The notes beneath the pieces are model-generated. The model was not told where the DNA came from, searched no databases, and was given only the letters and a program-made list of their open reading frames with translations. Made by a program: the position numbers and the translations under genes. From the IMG/VR virus record IMGVR_UViG_3300031857_000203, positions 1-58,539 of that record: DNA of 58,539 bases. One strand, 5' to 3'. The DNA comes from a virus. Its lineage: Duplodnaviria; Caudoviricetes. How positions within the stretch are numbered: the stretch's first letter is position 1; each line of letters opens with the position of its first letter. Below, in pieces: positions 1 through 8,492 of the stretch.

Positions 1-7
1 CGCAGAC

Positions 8-202
8 ATGCCAACAGGAACTGAACTGGCGGTGTGTCAGGACATCGAATACCGGCAGAAGATGGGCATCAACAAGTACGGAACTACCGTAGCTGAGAAC
101 CCATTGGAGTTGCGGGAATGGCTGCAGCAGGCTTACGAAGAAGCCCTAGACATGGCGATCTACCTCAAGCGAACGATGGAGGAACTTGATGGAACCAGAT
201 GA
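8..202 (+). CDS. Conserved hypothetical phage protein (KYGTT..WLQ.AYEE.LD motif)
   Basis: ORF overlaps next gene; N-terminus identical in second copy (56024). Confidence 0.75.
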   Translation: MPTGTELAVCQDIEYRQKMGINKYGTTVAENPLELREWLQQAYEEALDMAIYLKRTMEELDGTR

Positions 203-518
203 CGCAATTGAGTACATCTTTAAGCACGGCAAAAAGTACGCAAAGGCCAAGGCTGAACGGATCTACCTCGAGGAGTTCCGCAAGAGCAAGAAGGCTGTGC
301 TGATGCAGTACGCACAGTCTGTAGGCCACCAAACATCCGCGGCGCAGGAGCGTGAGGCATACGCCGATCAGGAATACGTTGACCTGCTGCAGGGCCTTAA
401 AGCCGCTGTAGAGGCCGAAGAAGAGATCAGGTGGGGGTTGGTGGCAGCACAGGCACGCATCGATGTCTGGCGCAGCAGAGAGGCCAGCAGCAGGCAGGAG
501 ATCAAGGCAGTCCTATGA
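189..518 (+). CDS. Conserved hypothetical helical phage protein
   Basis: ATG at 189 with GGAGG upstream; protein identical in copy 2, only synonymous changes. Confidence 0.85.
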   Translation: MEPDDAIEYIFKHGKKYAKAKAERIYLEEFRKSKKAVLMQYAQSVGHQTSAAQEREAYADQEYVDLLQGLKAAVEAEEEIRWGLVAAQARIDVWRSREASSRQEIKAVL

Positions 519-805
519 CAACACTTGCAGAGAAGAAGCACATGAGCAAGGTGGCCGAGCTTGGCTGCTCTGTATGCAGGAGGATGGGCCACCCTGGTAC
601 GCCTGCAGAGCTACACCACCCTAGGCATGGGGCAGGCATGGGCAAGCGCAGTGGACACTTCAGCGTGATCCCTCTGTGCCCTGAGCACCACCGCGGCAAC
701 ACTGGAGTGCATGGGCTGGGGACTAAGGGCTTCCCAAAGCACTGGGGCTTCACTGAGGAAGACCTGCTGAAGGACACGCTGGAGTTGATTAACCCCACAA
801 AGTAG
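515..805 (+). CDS. Ref-like (RecA-dependent) HNH nuclease
   Basis: GCSVC..ELHH..VIPLCPEHH motifs; ATGA overlap with upstream stop. Confidence 0.75.
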   Translation: MTTLAEKKHMSKVAELGCSVCRRMGHPGTPAELHHPRHGAGMGKRSGHFSVIPLCPEHHRGNTGVHGLGTKGFPKHWGFTEEDLLKDTLELINPTK

Positions 806-816
806 TCGGGAACCTA

Positions 817-868
817 TTGATGCCAACTTAAACTGTCGCTTACACTAGCATCACTGCGATGTTGCAGT
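817..868 (+). promoter_or_regulatory. Sigma70-like promoter plus hairpin, cassette A
   Basis: TTGATG-N18-TACACT followed by ACTGC-N6-GCAGT; near-copy at 2076-2127. Confidence 0.7.
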
Positions 869-889
869 AGATCAGTGAAGGATAGCGAA

Positions 890-1216
890 ATGAATGCAGC
901 CCTGACCCCCGCACAAGCCAAGTTCTTTGCAGACGTTGAGCAGTGCGTTGCCATCGACACTCTTGGTTCTTTGATGGCTCAAATCGCAGAGTTGACCAAG
1001 CAAGCCGATGCCATCAAGGACGAACTCAAGGAGCGTGCTTCTATCTCTGGCGAGAAGTCCTTTGAGGGCGCTACCTACAAGGCTACCTACACCGAGTCAA
1101 ACCGCTCCACCGTGGACTGGAAGGCTATCGCCGCGGAACTCAGCATCCCTGCCGACATGATCGCCAAACACACCAAGTCCACCGCTGTGTACAGCATCAA
1201 GACCACCGCCATCTGA
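890..1216 (+). CDS. Hypothetical early protein
   Basis: AAGGA RBS, ATG 890; diverged homolog at 57489-57815. Confidence 0.8.
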   Translation: MNAALTPAQAKFFADVEQCVAIDTLGSLMAQIAELTKQADAIKDELKERASISGEKSFEGATYKATYTESNRSTVDWKAIAAELSIPADMIAKHTKSTAVYSIKTTAI

Positions 1217-1362
1217 TGTACACCAAGCCAGACGGGACCAGAGCACCAAACGCTCCTCCTGTCTGGCCTTTTGGAACGGTCAGGCCCTCAAAGACGCATG
1301 ACGTTCCACCCACAAGGCCAGACCCAATACCTCACAGCGAACTACCTGAAGGACTATTCTGA
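1216..1362 (+). CDS. 48-aa Pro-rich hypothetical protein (MYTKPDGTRAPNAPPVWPF...), absent from ORF track
   Basis: TGATG coupling at both ends; all differences from copy 2 are synonymous. Confidence 0.8.
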   Translation: MYTKPDGTRAPNAPPVWPFGTVRPSKTHDVPPTRPDPIPHSELPEGLF

Positions 1363-1559
1363 TGAACACGACACATCGCACCGGCAACGAATGGGTTGCA
1401 GGACTGGACAGAAAGCCGGGCTTCGGCGCTGACTTTGCAGCAGAAGACATCATTGACGCCCCGTGCTGGATCCCTACGGGCTCAATCAAGGCCTACGAGT
1501 CGTTTGTCTTCTCTCATGACTTCCGCCCAGGCATTTGGGGTAGCGGCAAATATGACTGA
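1362..1559 (+). CDS. Hypothetical protein
   Basis: TGATG coupling; homolog at 57961-58158. Confidence 0.75.
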   Translation: MNTTHRTGNEWVAGLDRKPGFGADFAAEDIIDAPCWIPTGSIKAYESFVFSHDFRPGIWGSGKYD

Positions 1560-1836
1560 CCTGCAGCAAAGGGTCATCGCGGCCTGTGAAGAAAAAGCCT
1601 GCAGTGCAGCAGAACTGGTGGATGCTTTTGGTGTGAGCCGGTGGTACGTCTACCAACTTGCCAAGCGGGGATTCTTAAAGAACATCAGCAACGATCACTC
1701 CGCAGCGCAATATGTAGCGGTTGCTAATCCCAAAAAAGAAACAAAACACACCCCCAGAGTGCAACGCAAGTGGAAACCTCAAGCAGCACTACAACAAGCT
1801 CCCAGCATCTGGCATTACGCAGAGAGGCTCAAGTGA
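1552..1836 (+). CDS. Putative HTH DNA-binding protein (copy 1 only)
   Basis: SAAELVDAFGVSRWYVYQL HTH-like segment; clean indel relative to copy 2. Confidence 0.65.
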   Translation: MTDLQQRVIAACEEKACSAAELVDAFGVSRWYVYQLAKRGFLKNISNDHSAAQYVAVANPKKETKHTPRVQRKWKPQAALQQAPSIWHYAERLK

Positions 1837-2066
1837 AAGGCGTAATTCTGAACTGGGGAGACAAGACTCCCTGCACAGTCATCGAGGATCGAAAGAGCAT
1901 CCTTGTAGTGACAGAAGACATCGCAGGCAAGCCATGCCCCGAAGGAACCAAGAGGTACTTCAAGCGCTACAAGGATCACTGGGCAGAGTGTGTCTTCAAG
2001 CCAACAACGAACCGATGGGCTGTTGCAGGAGAGGCGACTCTGGTGATTGACCCTACAAAAAAGTAG
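1833..2066 (+). CDS. Hypothetical protein
   Basis: GTG start overlapping upstream stop; homolog MTKGVILNWG at 58151-58387. Confidence 0.75.
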   Translation: MKGVILNWGDKTPCTVIEDRKSILVVTEDIAGKPCPEGTKRYFKRYKDHWAECVFKPTTNRWAVAGEATLVIDPTKK

Positions 2067-2127
2067 GGAAAGATGTTGACCTTCTCTTGAAGGATCGCTT
2101 ACACTGGCATCACTGCAATCAAGCAGT
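2051..2127 (+). promoter_or_regulatory. Sigma70-like promoter plus hairpin, cassette B, with upstream inverted repeat
   Basis: CCCTAC-A6-GTAGGG, then TTGACC-N18-TACACT, then ACTGC-N6-GCAGT. Confidence 0.7.
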
Positions 2128-2149
2128 TCAACAGAGAAGGAACAGAGAA

Positions 2150-2419
2150 ATGAACACCACCTACAAGCGCTACACGGTTCTCGGCATCAGCGACAAGACC
2201 GAGTGTGATGTTTGCGGCAAGACCAATCTGAAGATGACTATCGTGATTGAGTCTCAAGAGTCTGGCGAGATCCTGCACTACGGTTCTGACTGTGCATCAC
2301 GCACTCTGCGCCAAGACTACCGTGGCAAGCGTTACCCAGTAAGCCGCGAAGCCGCGATCAGCATGGGCCGTGCAGCAAAGCGCGGTGAGTACAAGACAAC
2401 CCTTGTAGGCCGCAACTAA
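2150..2419 (+). CDS. Hypothetical Zn-binding protein
   Basis: CDVCGK..HYGSDC; AAGGA RBS. Confidence 0.75.
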   Translation: MNTTYKRYTVLGISDKTECDVCGKTNLKMTIVIESQESGEILHYGSDCASRTLRQDYRGKRYPVSREAAISMGRAAKRGEYKTTLVGRN

Positions 2420-2423
2420 ACAG

Positions 2424-2439
2424 TGGGGCTTCGGCCCAT
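2424..2439 (+). terminator. GGGC-TTCG-GCCC hairpin
   Basis: UUCG tetraloop stem after a stop codon; no U tract. Confidence 0.35.
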
Positions 2440-2459
2440 ACAACTACAGAGAAGACATC

Positions 2460-2687
2460 ATGCTGTACGGATACATCTCCTCCTTCGACCCCGACAGGCC
2501 CGAAACCCCCGAAGAGCTTGAGTTCACTACCATCATCAACGGCACCACTCGCACAGTAGAGTACGACGAAGACGGTGCCTTTATCATCAAGATCAACGGT
2601 AAGACAGCAGAAGACGACATCACTGAAGAACAGTGGAGTAACATTGAACAAATGGTTAACTCCAGACTCAGCAATGACTACGACTAA
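2460..2687 (+). CDS. Hypothetical acidic protein
   Basis: ORF between hairpin and terS. Confidence 0.65.
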   Translation: MLYGYISSFDPDRPETPEELEFTTIINGTTRTVEYDEDGAFIIKINGKTAEDDITEEQWSNIEQMVNSRLSNDYD

Positions 2688-3165
2688 GAAAAAGATCGGC
2701 AGGCCTTCCAAGTACACGCCTGAGCTTGCAGCAGAGATCTGCCAGAGACTCAGCAATGGTGAGCCACTGCGTCAGATATGCAGAGACGATCACATGCCCT
2801 CTTGGGTTGCTGTGTATCAGTGGATGGATCGCGACCAAGAGCTTTCTTTAGCCATCGCACATGCGCGGGAAGCTGGTCAGGACGCTATGGCTGAGAGGGC
2901 CTACGCTGAGATGTACGACGAGCCTGAGCGCATGCTGACTGAGGGCGGCGGCCGCATTGATCCGGGCTATGTCCAGTTGGTAAAGGCTCGGGCGGAGATC
3001 ACGCTGAAGCTGCTAGCTAAATGGAACCCTAAACGCTACGGCGACAGGATCGCTGTTGCGGGTGATGCTGAGTCCCCGATCAAGGTTGAAGCTGAGATCA
3101 AAGCAGACAAGCTGCTGGAGGCTCTGGTGACCAACGCTGAACTGCGCAAGACTGTCGGTGAGTGA
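2674..3165 (+). CDS. terS: Terminase small subunit (Sf6 gp1-like)
   Basis: GRPSKYTPELAAEICQRLSNGEPLRQICRDDHMPS HTH N-terminus; directly upstream of terL. Confidence 0.9.
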   Translation: MTTTKKKIGRPSKYTPELAAEICQRLSNGEPLRQICRDDHMPSWVAVYQWMDRDQELSLAIAHAREAGQDAMAERAYAEMYDEPERMLTEGGGRIDPGYVQLVKARAEITLKLLAKWNPKRYGDRIAVAGDAESPIKVEAEIKADKLLEALVTNAELRKTVGE

Positions 3166-4576
3166 TCTAGCTGAAGCATTCCAGCAGCCTGATGTACTGC
3201 AGGCGCTCAAGACACTGCCGCCTGAGAAGCGCCTAGCCTATCTCTGGCGGGCCAACTGGATCGAGAAGGCCCACAGGCACCAGATGCCGCCTCCAGGCGA
3301 CTGGTGGACGATCTGGCTGCTTCTGGCGGGACGCGGTGCAGGCAAGACACGCACAGCAGCAGAGCAGGTAGGTTGGTGGGCCTGGACAGAACCAGGGACA
3401 CGCTGGCTTGTCGGGGCTCCAACTAGTGCTGACGTCAAGGCTACCTGCTTTGAGGGCGACTCGGGATTATTGAACGTTATCCCCGCTCCACTAATTGCTG
3501 ACTACAACAAGCAGCACCATGAGCTGAAGCTGACGAACGGATCCCTGATCAAGGGCATCCCTGCCAGTGAGCCTGAGCGCTTTCGGGGTCCGCAGTTCCA
3601 CGGGGCATGGCTTGATGAGCTTGCAGCCTGGGAGTACCTGCAAGAAGCCTGGGACCAGATCCAGTTCTCTGTCCGCTTGGGAACCAGAACCCGCATCGTT
3701 GCCACCACCACACCTAGACCCAAAGACCTGATCGTGGAACTGGTGGGCCGTGAGGGTGACGATGTAGCCCTGACGACTGCCAGCACCTACGCCAACCTTG
3801 CGAACCTAGCCCCGTCATTTCAGAAGCAGATCCTGCAGTACGAGGGGACGAAGCTAGGCAGGCAGGAGATCCACGCTGAGATCATCGATCCTGAAGAGGG
3901 CGGGATCGTCCAGCGCAGCATGTTCAAGCTGTGGCCTGATGGCAAGGCCTTCCCTAAGTTCGAGTACATCGTCCAGTCCTACGACTGCGCCACCTCAGAG
4001 AAGACTCAGAATGATCCTACTGCCTGTACGACCTGGGGAGTCTTTAAGCCACTTGACGGGCCTATGTCAGCGATGCTTATTGATTGCTGGCAGGAGAGGA
4101 TGCAGTATCCGGACCTGCGACCGAAGGTTATCGACGAGTACGAGACGATCTTCGGTGAAGGCAAAGAGAAGAAGCGCGTGGATCTCATACTCATCGAGGA
4201 CAAGTCCGCAGGCATTTCTCTGATCCAAGACCTGCAGAGGGCGCACCTTCCGGTGAGGGGATACAACCCAGGAAGAGCCGATAAGCTGCAGCGCCTGAAC
4301 ATCGTCTCCAACATCATCGCAAGGGGCAGGGTGTGGATCCCTGAGTCTTCCAATAGGAAGGGCTACGTGAGGGACTGGGCGGAAGGCTTTGTCAGCCAGA
4401 TCTGCTCGTTCCCTGAGACGACACATGATGATTTTGTGGACAGTGCCTCGATGGCCCTGCGGTTCTTGCGGGACGCTGGCTGGCTCGAGGTTGATCCGCC
4501 TCCGCGGGATGACTGGGATGAAGAAGACTATGCAGACTCTGGCAGACAAAGAAGAACCAACCCCTACGCCGTCTGA
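3158..4576 (+). CDS. terL: Terminase large subunit
   Basis: Walker A GRGAGKT, Walker B AWLDE, nuclease motifs SYD, IEDKSAG, HDDFVD. Confidence 0.97.
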   Translation: MSDLAEAFQQPDVLQALKTLPPEKRLAYLWRANWIEKAHRHQMPPPGDWWTIWLLLAGRGAGKTRTAAEQVGWWAWTEPGTRWLVGAPTSADVKATCFEGDSGLLNVIPAPLIADYNKQHHELKLTNGSLIKGIPASEPERFRGPQFHGAWLDELAAWEYLQEAWDQIQFSVRLGTRTRIVATTTPRPKDLIVELVGREGDDVALTTASTYANLANLAPSFQKQILQYEGTKLGRQEIHAEIIDPEEGGIVQRSMFKLWPDGKAFPKFEYIVQSYDCATSEKTQNDPTACTTWGVFKPLDGPMSAMLIDCWQERMQYPDLRPKVIDEYETIFGEGKEKKRVDLILIEDKSAGISLIQDLQRAHLPVRGYNPGRADKLQRLNIVSNIIARGRVWIPESSNRKGYVRDWAEGFVSQICSFPETTHDDFVDSASMALRFLRDAGWLEVDPPPRDDWDEEDYADSGRQRRTNPYAV

Positions 4577-4706
4577 GCCTGTAGTCAGGACGCACTATCT
4601 AGGAGAAGGGCATGTGATGACCCCTTTGTGCTGGTGCTTACCTAGGCTGGACTTCAAAGACCCCGAGACGGGCAATGAAGTGTGGGTACATCACCAACCC
4701 TGTTGA
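4530..4706 (+). CDS. Small hypothetical protein (H..CWC.P..VWVHH)
   Basis: Cys/His cluster; start uncertain. Confidence 0.45.
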   Translation: MQTLADKEEPTPTPSEPVVRTHYLGEGHVMTPLCWCLPRLDFKDPETGNEVWVHHQPC

Positions 4707-4727
4707 TAGACTTGCCGCCCCATCAAG

Positions 4728-4979
4728 TTGCCGGACCTTACCTTGAGCATAGTTACTCCGCTGTGTGTGTTCTTTGCAGTCAACCCTGAAGAAGAGCTAA
4801 CCAACCATGACATAGGGTTGAAGTGGGGGATGGATCCCTGCAGCGTTAGAAGGACGTTGCAGTCTGCGGAGGAGAAGGGCTGGGTAGTCAGAACCCGCAA
4901 GAGGCATTCTCAAACGAAGTCCTGGCGTTGGCATTACTCTGCTGGACCGCGTTTGCTTAAAGAGATAGGCAGGGGTTAA
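4728..4979 (+). CDS. Putative winged-HTH protein
   Basis: LTNHDIGLKWGMDPCSVRRTLQSAEEKGWV pattern; start uncertain. Confidence 0.55.
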   Translation: MPDLTLSIVTPLCVFFAVNPEEELTNHDIGLKWGMDPCSVRRTLQSAEEKGWVVRTRKRHSQTKSWRWHYSAGPRLLKEIGRG

Positions 4980-5005
4980 GATTCAGCCGCACGTTAGGAG
5001 CAGGC

Positions 5006-8000
5006 ATGGAATTACCCGAGCAGGACAGGCAGGCGCTTATTGAGGCTGCCCGCAGGCGCACTCAACCTCAAGAAGGTGGTGCTGCATTCAAGTACCCCTC
5101 TTCTGGTAAGCGCCCTGAGAAACTGAACGCCTCCCGTGATGTGAACATGCCTGCCCAGATGGCTCGAGGCTGGGTAGCTGGAACTCTGGGGTTGCCTGGG
5201 GACATCGAGGCACTTGGCCGGATGGGGATTAACTTCGCCTTTGGCCGGGGCGGTGTGAATGTTGATGAGACGCCAGTCCTGCCGACTACTGAGTTCTACC
5301 AAGAGTACCTACCTGGGGGCGATGAGAGACCTGCTGCCAAGTTCGCATCGGGCTTAGGAGCGCTTGGTGGGGGCATGGGTAGCACTACCCTAGCCAGAGG
5401 CGCCGTGAAGGGCTCTAAGGCTGTAGGAAGGGCTCTGGGGCCGAAGGCTGCTGAGATGGCAGAGGGCTACCTGCAGAGGAGTGGACTGGCTCCGCAGTTG
5501 ACTGTGTACCACGGTACTCCGCACAAGTTTGCACCCGAAGAGGGCGCTCCTCTGGGAAAATTTAGGTCAGAGAAGATCGGCACTGGCGAAGGTGCTCAGG
5601 CTTATGGGCAAGGGCTCTATACCGCAGAAGCAAAAGAAGTAGGCAGTAGCTATCAAAAATCATTGTCTGATTTTGACATGTTTGTTGACGGCAAGCCATT
5701 TGACAGTGGCAATCCTGCCCATCGTGCGGCGCTTGAGCTTAAGCAAAGCGGAGGCGAGCCTGGACGCCAAGAGTTGATCGAAAAATACAAGCGGCAAATC
5801 GTTGACTTAAAGTCGAGAGATAAAAAGTGGGCAACAGAACTGGCGGCTTCTAAAGAAGCAGAGCTACCTTTTTTGGAGAGTGGCGACCTTCCTGCTTATT
5901 CTGAACAGTCAAGAGGCTATCTTTACACGGCTGATCTGCCTGACGAGATGATCCCGAAGATGCTGGACTGGGATAAGCCGTTGAGCCAGCAGTCTCCAGA
6001 TGTGCAAGAGGCATTACAGAATAGTGGCCTGCTTGTAGATGTGTCAAAAGTTGGAGAAGTAGCTGCTGAAAAGATCCGAAGGCTTGCGGAGCAACCGCGA
6101 GTTGCTGATTGGGCCAAACGAGACTTGTTGCAAACAGCGGCTCAATTAGAAAAGTCGCCATCTCCAAAGCATGTTGCGGGTGTCCTGAAAGGAATGCAAC
6201 TGGAATACGGGATTAACGCAGATTCTGGGCCGTTTTCAGATGTTGCAAATGACTTTCTGTCCTTTGTCAAAGGAATGCAGGCTGTGCCAAACATGGACAC
6301 AGGCGGTGGTGCTGTGTCTTATTTGGAGGCGATGTATGGCCCAGCAAACGCCTCACAAAGACTGAAAGAGGCAGGAATCCCAGGTATTAAATACCTTGAC
6401 GAGCAATCTCGCGGTATGACTGGCACTGGGAAATGGAAGGTGGATTTCAAAGATGGCACTAGCCAAGAGTTCAATTTCAAGCCTAACGATGATGTGCTTG
6501 AGCAGATGGGGGCAACAGCCACTCCCATCGGAACCCGCAACTTCGTGATCTTTCCTGGGGAAGAGCAAAAGCTACGCATCTTGCAACGCAACGAAGAGAA
6601 GCTGCCTGATCCGGCTGGCATGATTAAATCGCTGGAGGAAGAAGCGAAAGCGATAGCGCAAGGAATGCGAAATCGAGCCAAGGCAGATCGAGCCGCAGGA
6701 CTTGATCAAATCAGCGACGAGACGCTGTTGAGGAATAGAGAGGACAGCGACCGCATCCATAAGTTGATGGTTCAAGTTGAAGAGTTGAAGCGTCCGCAAG
6801 TAAAGATTGCTGCAGAAAAGCCAGATCCATCTTGGATGGAGGGTTTGCCTGATGCGCAGCGCAAAACCGTCAAGTCGTTTGATGAGTGGCAAGGTGACCG
6901 TGGCTTTTCATTGCGAAAGCCAGGATCAAATCCAGAGGATGACCTCCATACATCTGCGCAATCAAATTTCACGGACTACGAAGTAGTTCCTAAAGTTAGG
7001 TCGATACCTTTAGACGCTCTTGGTGGGCTTGGTGGTTATGACTCCCCTAAAGAGTTGGCTAGGATTGAGAACTTGGCGCAACAGATTGAAGGCAATAAAG
7101 AAATTACGCCTATCTTTGTCGGAGTTGACGCGACTGGCATGCCGTATGTTATTGAAGGTCAGCATCGCGCAAGAGCCTTTAAGAACTTGGGAATGCAGTC
7201 AATCCCGGCCAAAGTCATCGTTGACATGACACCTGAAATTGGTCGGGCAGAAGGCGGTCTAGTCACAGACACAGACGCTATTGCTGCAAAGCTCAAAGCT
7301 ACAGGCATGGATGATGAGAAGGCATTCATGCAAGCCTTGCGTATGGCAGATGCTAGGCAAGAAGCTCACATGGCAGGCGGTGGTCTGCTGAAGGCGCTGA
7401 AGGGTGCAGCAAAGGCCGAGGATGTTGCGAAGGTCGCAAAGCCTGCCAAGGCTGCGGCAGAGGCTTCTAAGCCAGCAACAAAGGTGGTGTCTGAACCGCA
7501 GGCATTGCAAAAAGCCAAAAAGGCTGGCTATCCAATGGCCCCCAGAAACCGTTGGTATGGAGAGGGAACTTACGACAAATCTGGCGGAAGACTTGAGATG
7601 ATGTCGCCAGATGAGTTTCTGAACAAAGTAAGGCCACTAGAAATTGACGATGCCTCAAGGGATAACATTGATTATTTGAAGCAGCACATTCAATCTGGCG
7701 GTGAACTTGATCCTTTGCTGATCACAAAGAGCGGGAAAGAGGATGGTCGGCATAGGGCTTATGCGGCTAAAGAGCTAGGCATTTCGGAATTGCCTGTCAT
7801 CCGATACGATAAAGAGATCCCTGCTGCGCCACAAGCAGAAGCACTTGAGACTGCCCGCAAGAATGCTGTGAAGATGCTGGGGTTGCCCGAGAACAACACC
7901 GCGATGGATCGGGCAAAGGCGATGGGGTTTGATACGCAGGGCTACAGAGGATCAACGGCGGTTGAAACCACGCATGACAAACCTGTGTGGTGGTCAGAAG

Positions 8001-8464
8001 ACCCAGACTATGCAAACGCGTATGCGGCGCACACGGTCAGGCCGCCTAAAGGACAACCAGACCCATACGCAGGCAACGTAATGCCTTTGCTGGTTAAGGT
8101 TGGAAAGGACAAAACCTTTGAGAAATTCAGTCCTGGCGGCGTGCCGCTTGATCCTTTCTCTGGGTTCAATGAGGGCGTAGAAACCGGCTTGCGTAGATAC
8201 GCCCACAATCAATTTACGGGCGACATGGGCGGCAAGGTCTGGGAGGCTTTGACTGTTCCGAAGAATGTGCGCTCGAGGTTCGCGGCCTTTGACCCTGCCC
8301 GTTCTTCTGAAAATGACTTGCTAGGCGCTGCCGATCCAGCCTTACTTGCTGGTGTTGCAGTGGGTTCTGGGATAGGTATTGATGCTATTAGGCGTCTTAA
8401 AAAAGAAGAGCAGAAGCCTGAAGAGCAGAAAAAAGCCAGAGGTGGCTTAACAAGGCGTGTATGA
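5006..8464 (+). CDS. Large polyvalent protein with two ADP-ribosyltransferase-like and two ParB-like domains
   Basis: VYHGT..GTGEGAQAYGQGLY..GIPGIKY..NFVIF; IEGQHR; EDGRHRAYAAKELG; GYRGST..WWSEDPDYA..GNVMPL..RSRFAAFDP. Confidence 0.7.
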   Translation: MELPEQDRQALIEAARRRTQPQEGGAAFKYPSSGKRPEKLNASRDVNMPAQMARGWVAGTLGLPGDIEALGRMGINFAFGRGGVNVDETPVLPTTEFYQEYLPGGDERPAAKFASGLGALGGGMGSTTLARGAVKGSKAVGRALGPKAAEMAEGYLQRSGLAPQLTVYHGTPHKFAPEEGAPLGKFRSEKIGTGEGAQAYGQGLYTAEAKEVGSSYQKSLSDFDMFVDGKPFDSGNPAHRAALELKQSGGEPGRQELIEKYKRQIVDLKSRDKKWATELAASKEAELPFLESGDLPAYSEQSRGYLYTADLPDEMIPKMLDWDKPLSQQSPDVQEALQNSGLLVDVSKVGEVAAEKIRRLAEQPRVADWAKRDLLQTAAQLEKSPSPKHVAGVLKGMQLEYGINADSGPFSDVANDFLSFVKGMQAVPNMDTGGGAVSYLEAMYGPANASQRLKEAGIPGIKYLDEQSRGMTGTGKWKVDFKDGTSQEFNFKPNDDVLEQMGATATPIGTRNFVIFPGEEQKLRILQRNEEKLPDPAGMIKSLEEEAKAIAQGMRNRAKADRAAGLDQISDETLLRNREDSDRIHKLMVQVEELKRPQVKIAAEKPDPSWMEGLPDAQRKTVKSFDEWQGDRGFSLRKPGSNPEDDLHTSAQSNFTDYEVVPKVRSIPLDALGGLGGYDSPKELARIENLAQQIEGNKEITPIFVGVDATGMPYVIEGQHRARAFKNLGMQSIPAKVIVDMTPEIGRAEGGLVTDTDAIAAKLKATGMDDEKAFMQALRMADARQEAHMAGGGLLKALKGAAKAEDVAKVAKPAKAAAEASKPATKVVSEPQALQKAKKAGYPMAPRNRWYGEGTYDKSGGRLEMMSPDEFLNKVRPLEIDDASRDNIDYLKQHIQSGGELDPLLITKSGKEDGRHRAYAAKELGISELPVIRYDKEIPAAPQAEALETARKNAVKMLGLPENNTAMDRAKAMGFDTQGYRGSTAVETTHDKPVWWSEDPDYANAYAAHTVRPPKGQPDPYAGNVMPLLVKVGKDKTFEKFSPGGVPLDPFSGFNEGVETGLRRYAHNQFTGDMGGKVWEALTVPKNVRSRFAAFDPARSSENDLLGAADPALLAGVAVGSGIGIDAIRRLKKEEQKPEEQKKARGGLTRRV

Positions 8465-8492
8465 GTACCCTTAACAAGGCGATAATCTAATC

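Larger units (their letters stand above)
1..2218. repeat. Imperfect terminal redundancy, copy 1 (matches 56017-58539)
   Basis: cgcagacatgccaacagg at 1 recurs at 56017; the window end (gatgtttgcggc) matches ~2207-2218; same gene order with SNPs and two indels. Confidence 0.97.

Noticed and set aside
2575-2673. Upstream extensions in the ORF track (terS from 2575, Ref-like from 431, HTH from 1396)
   Set aside because: They overlap upstream genes extensively; downstream ATGs with coupling or RBS fit better.
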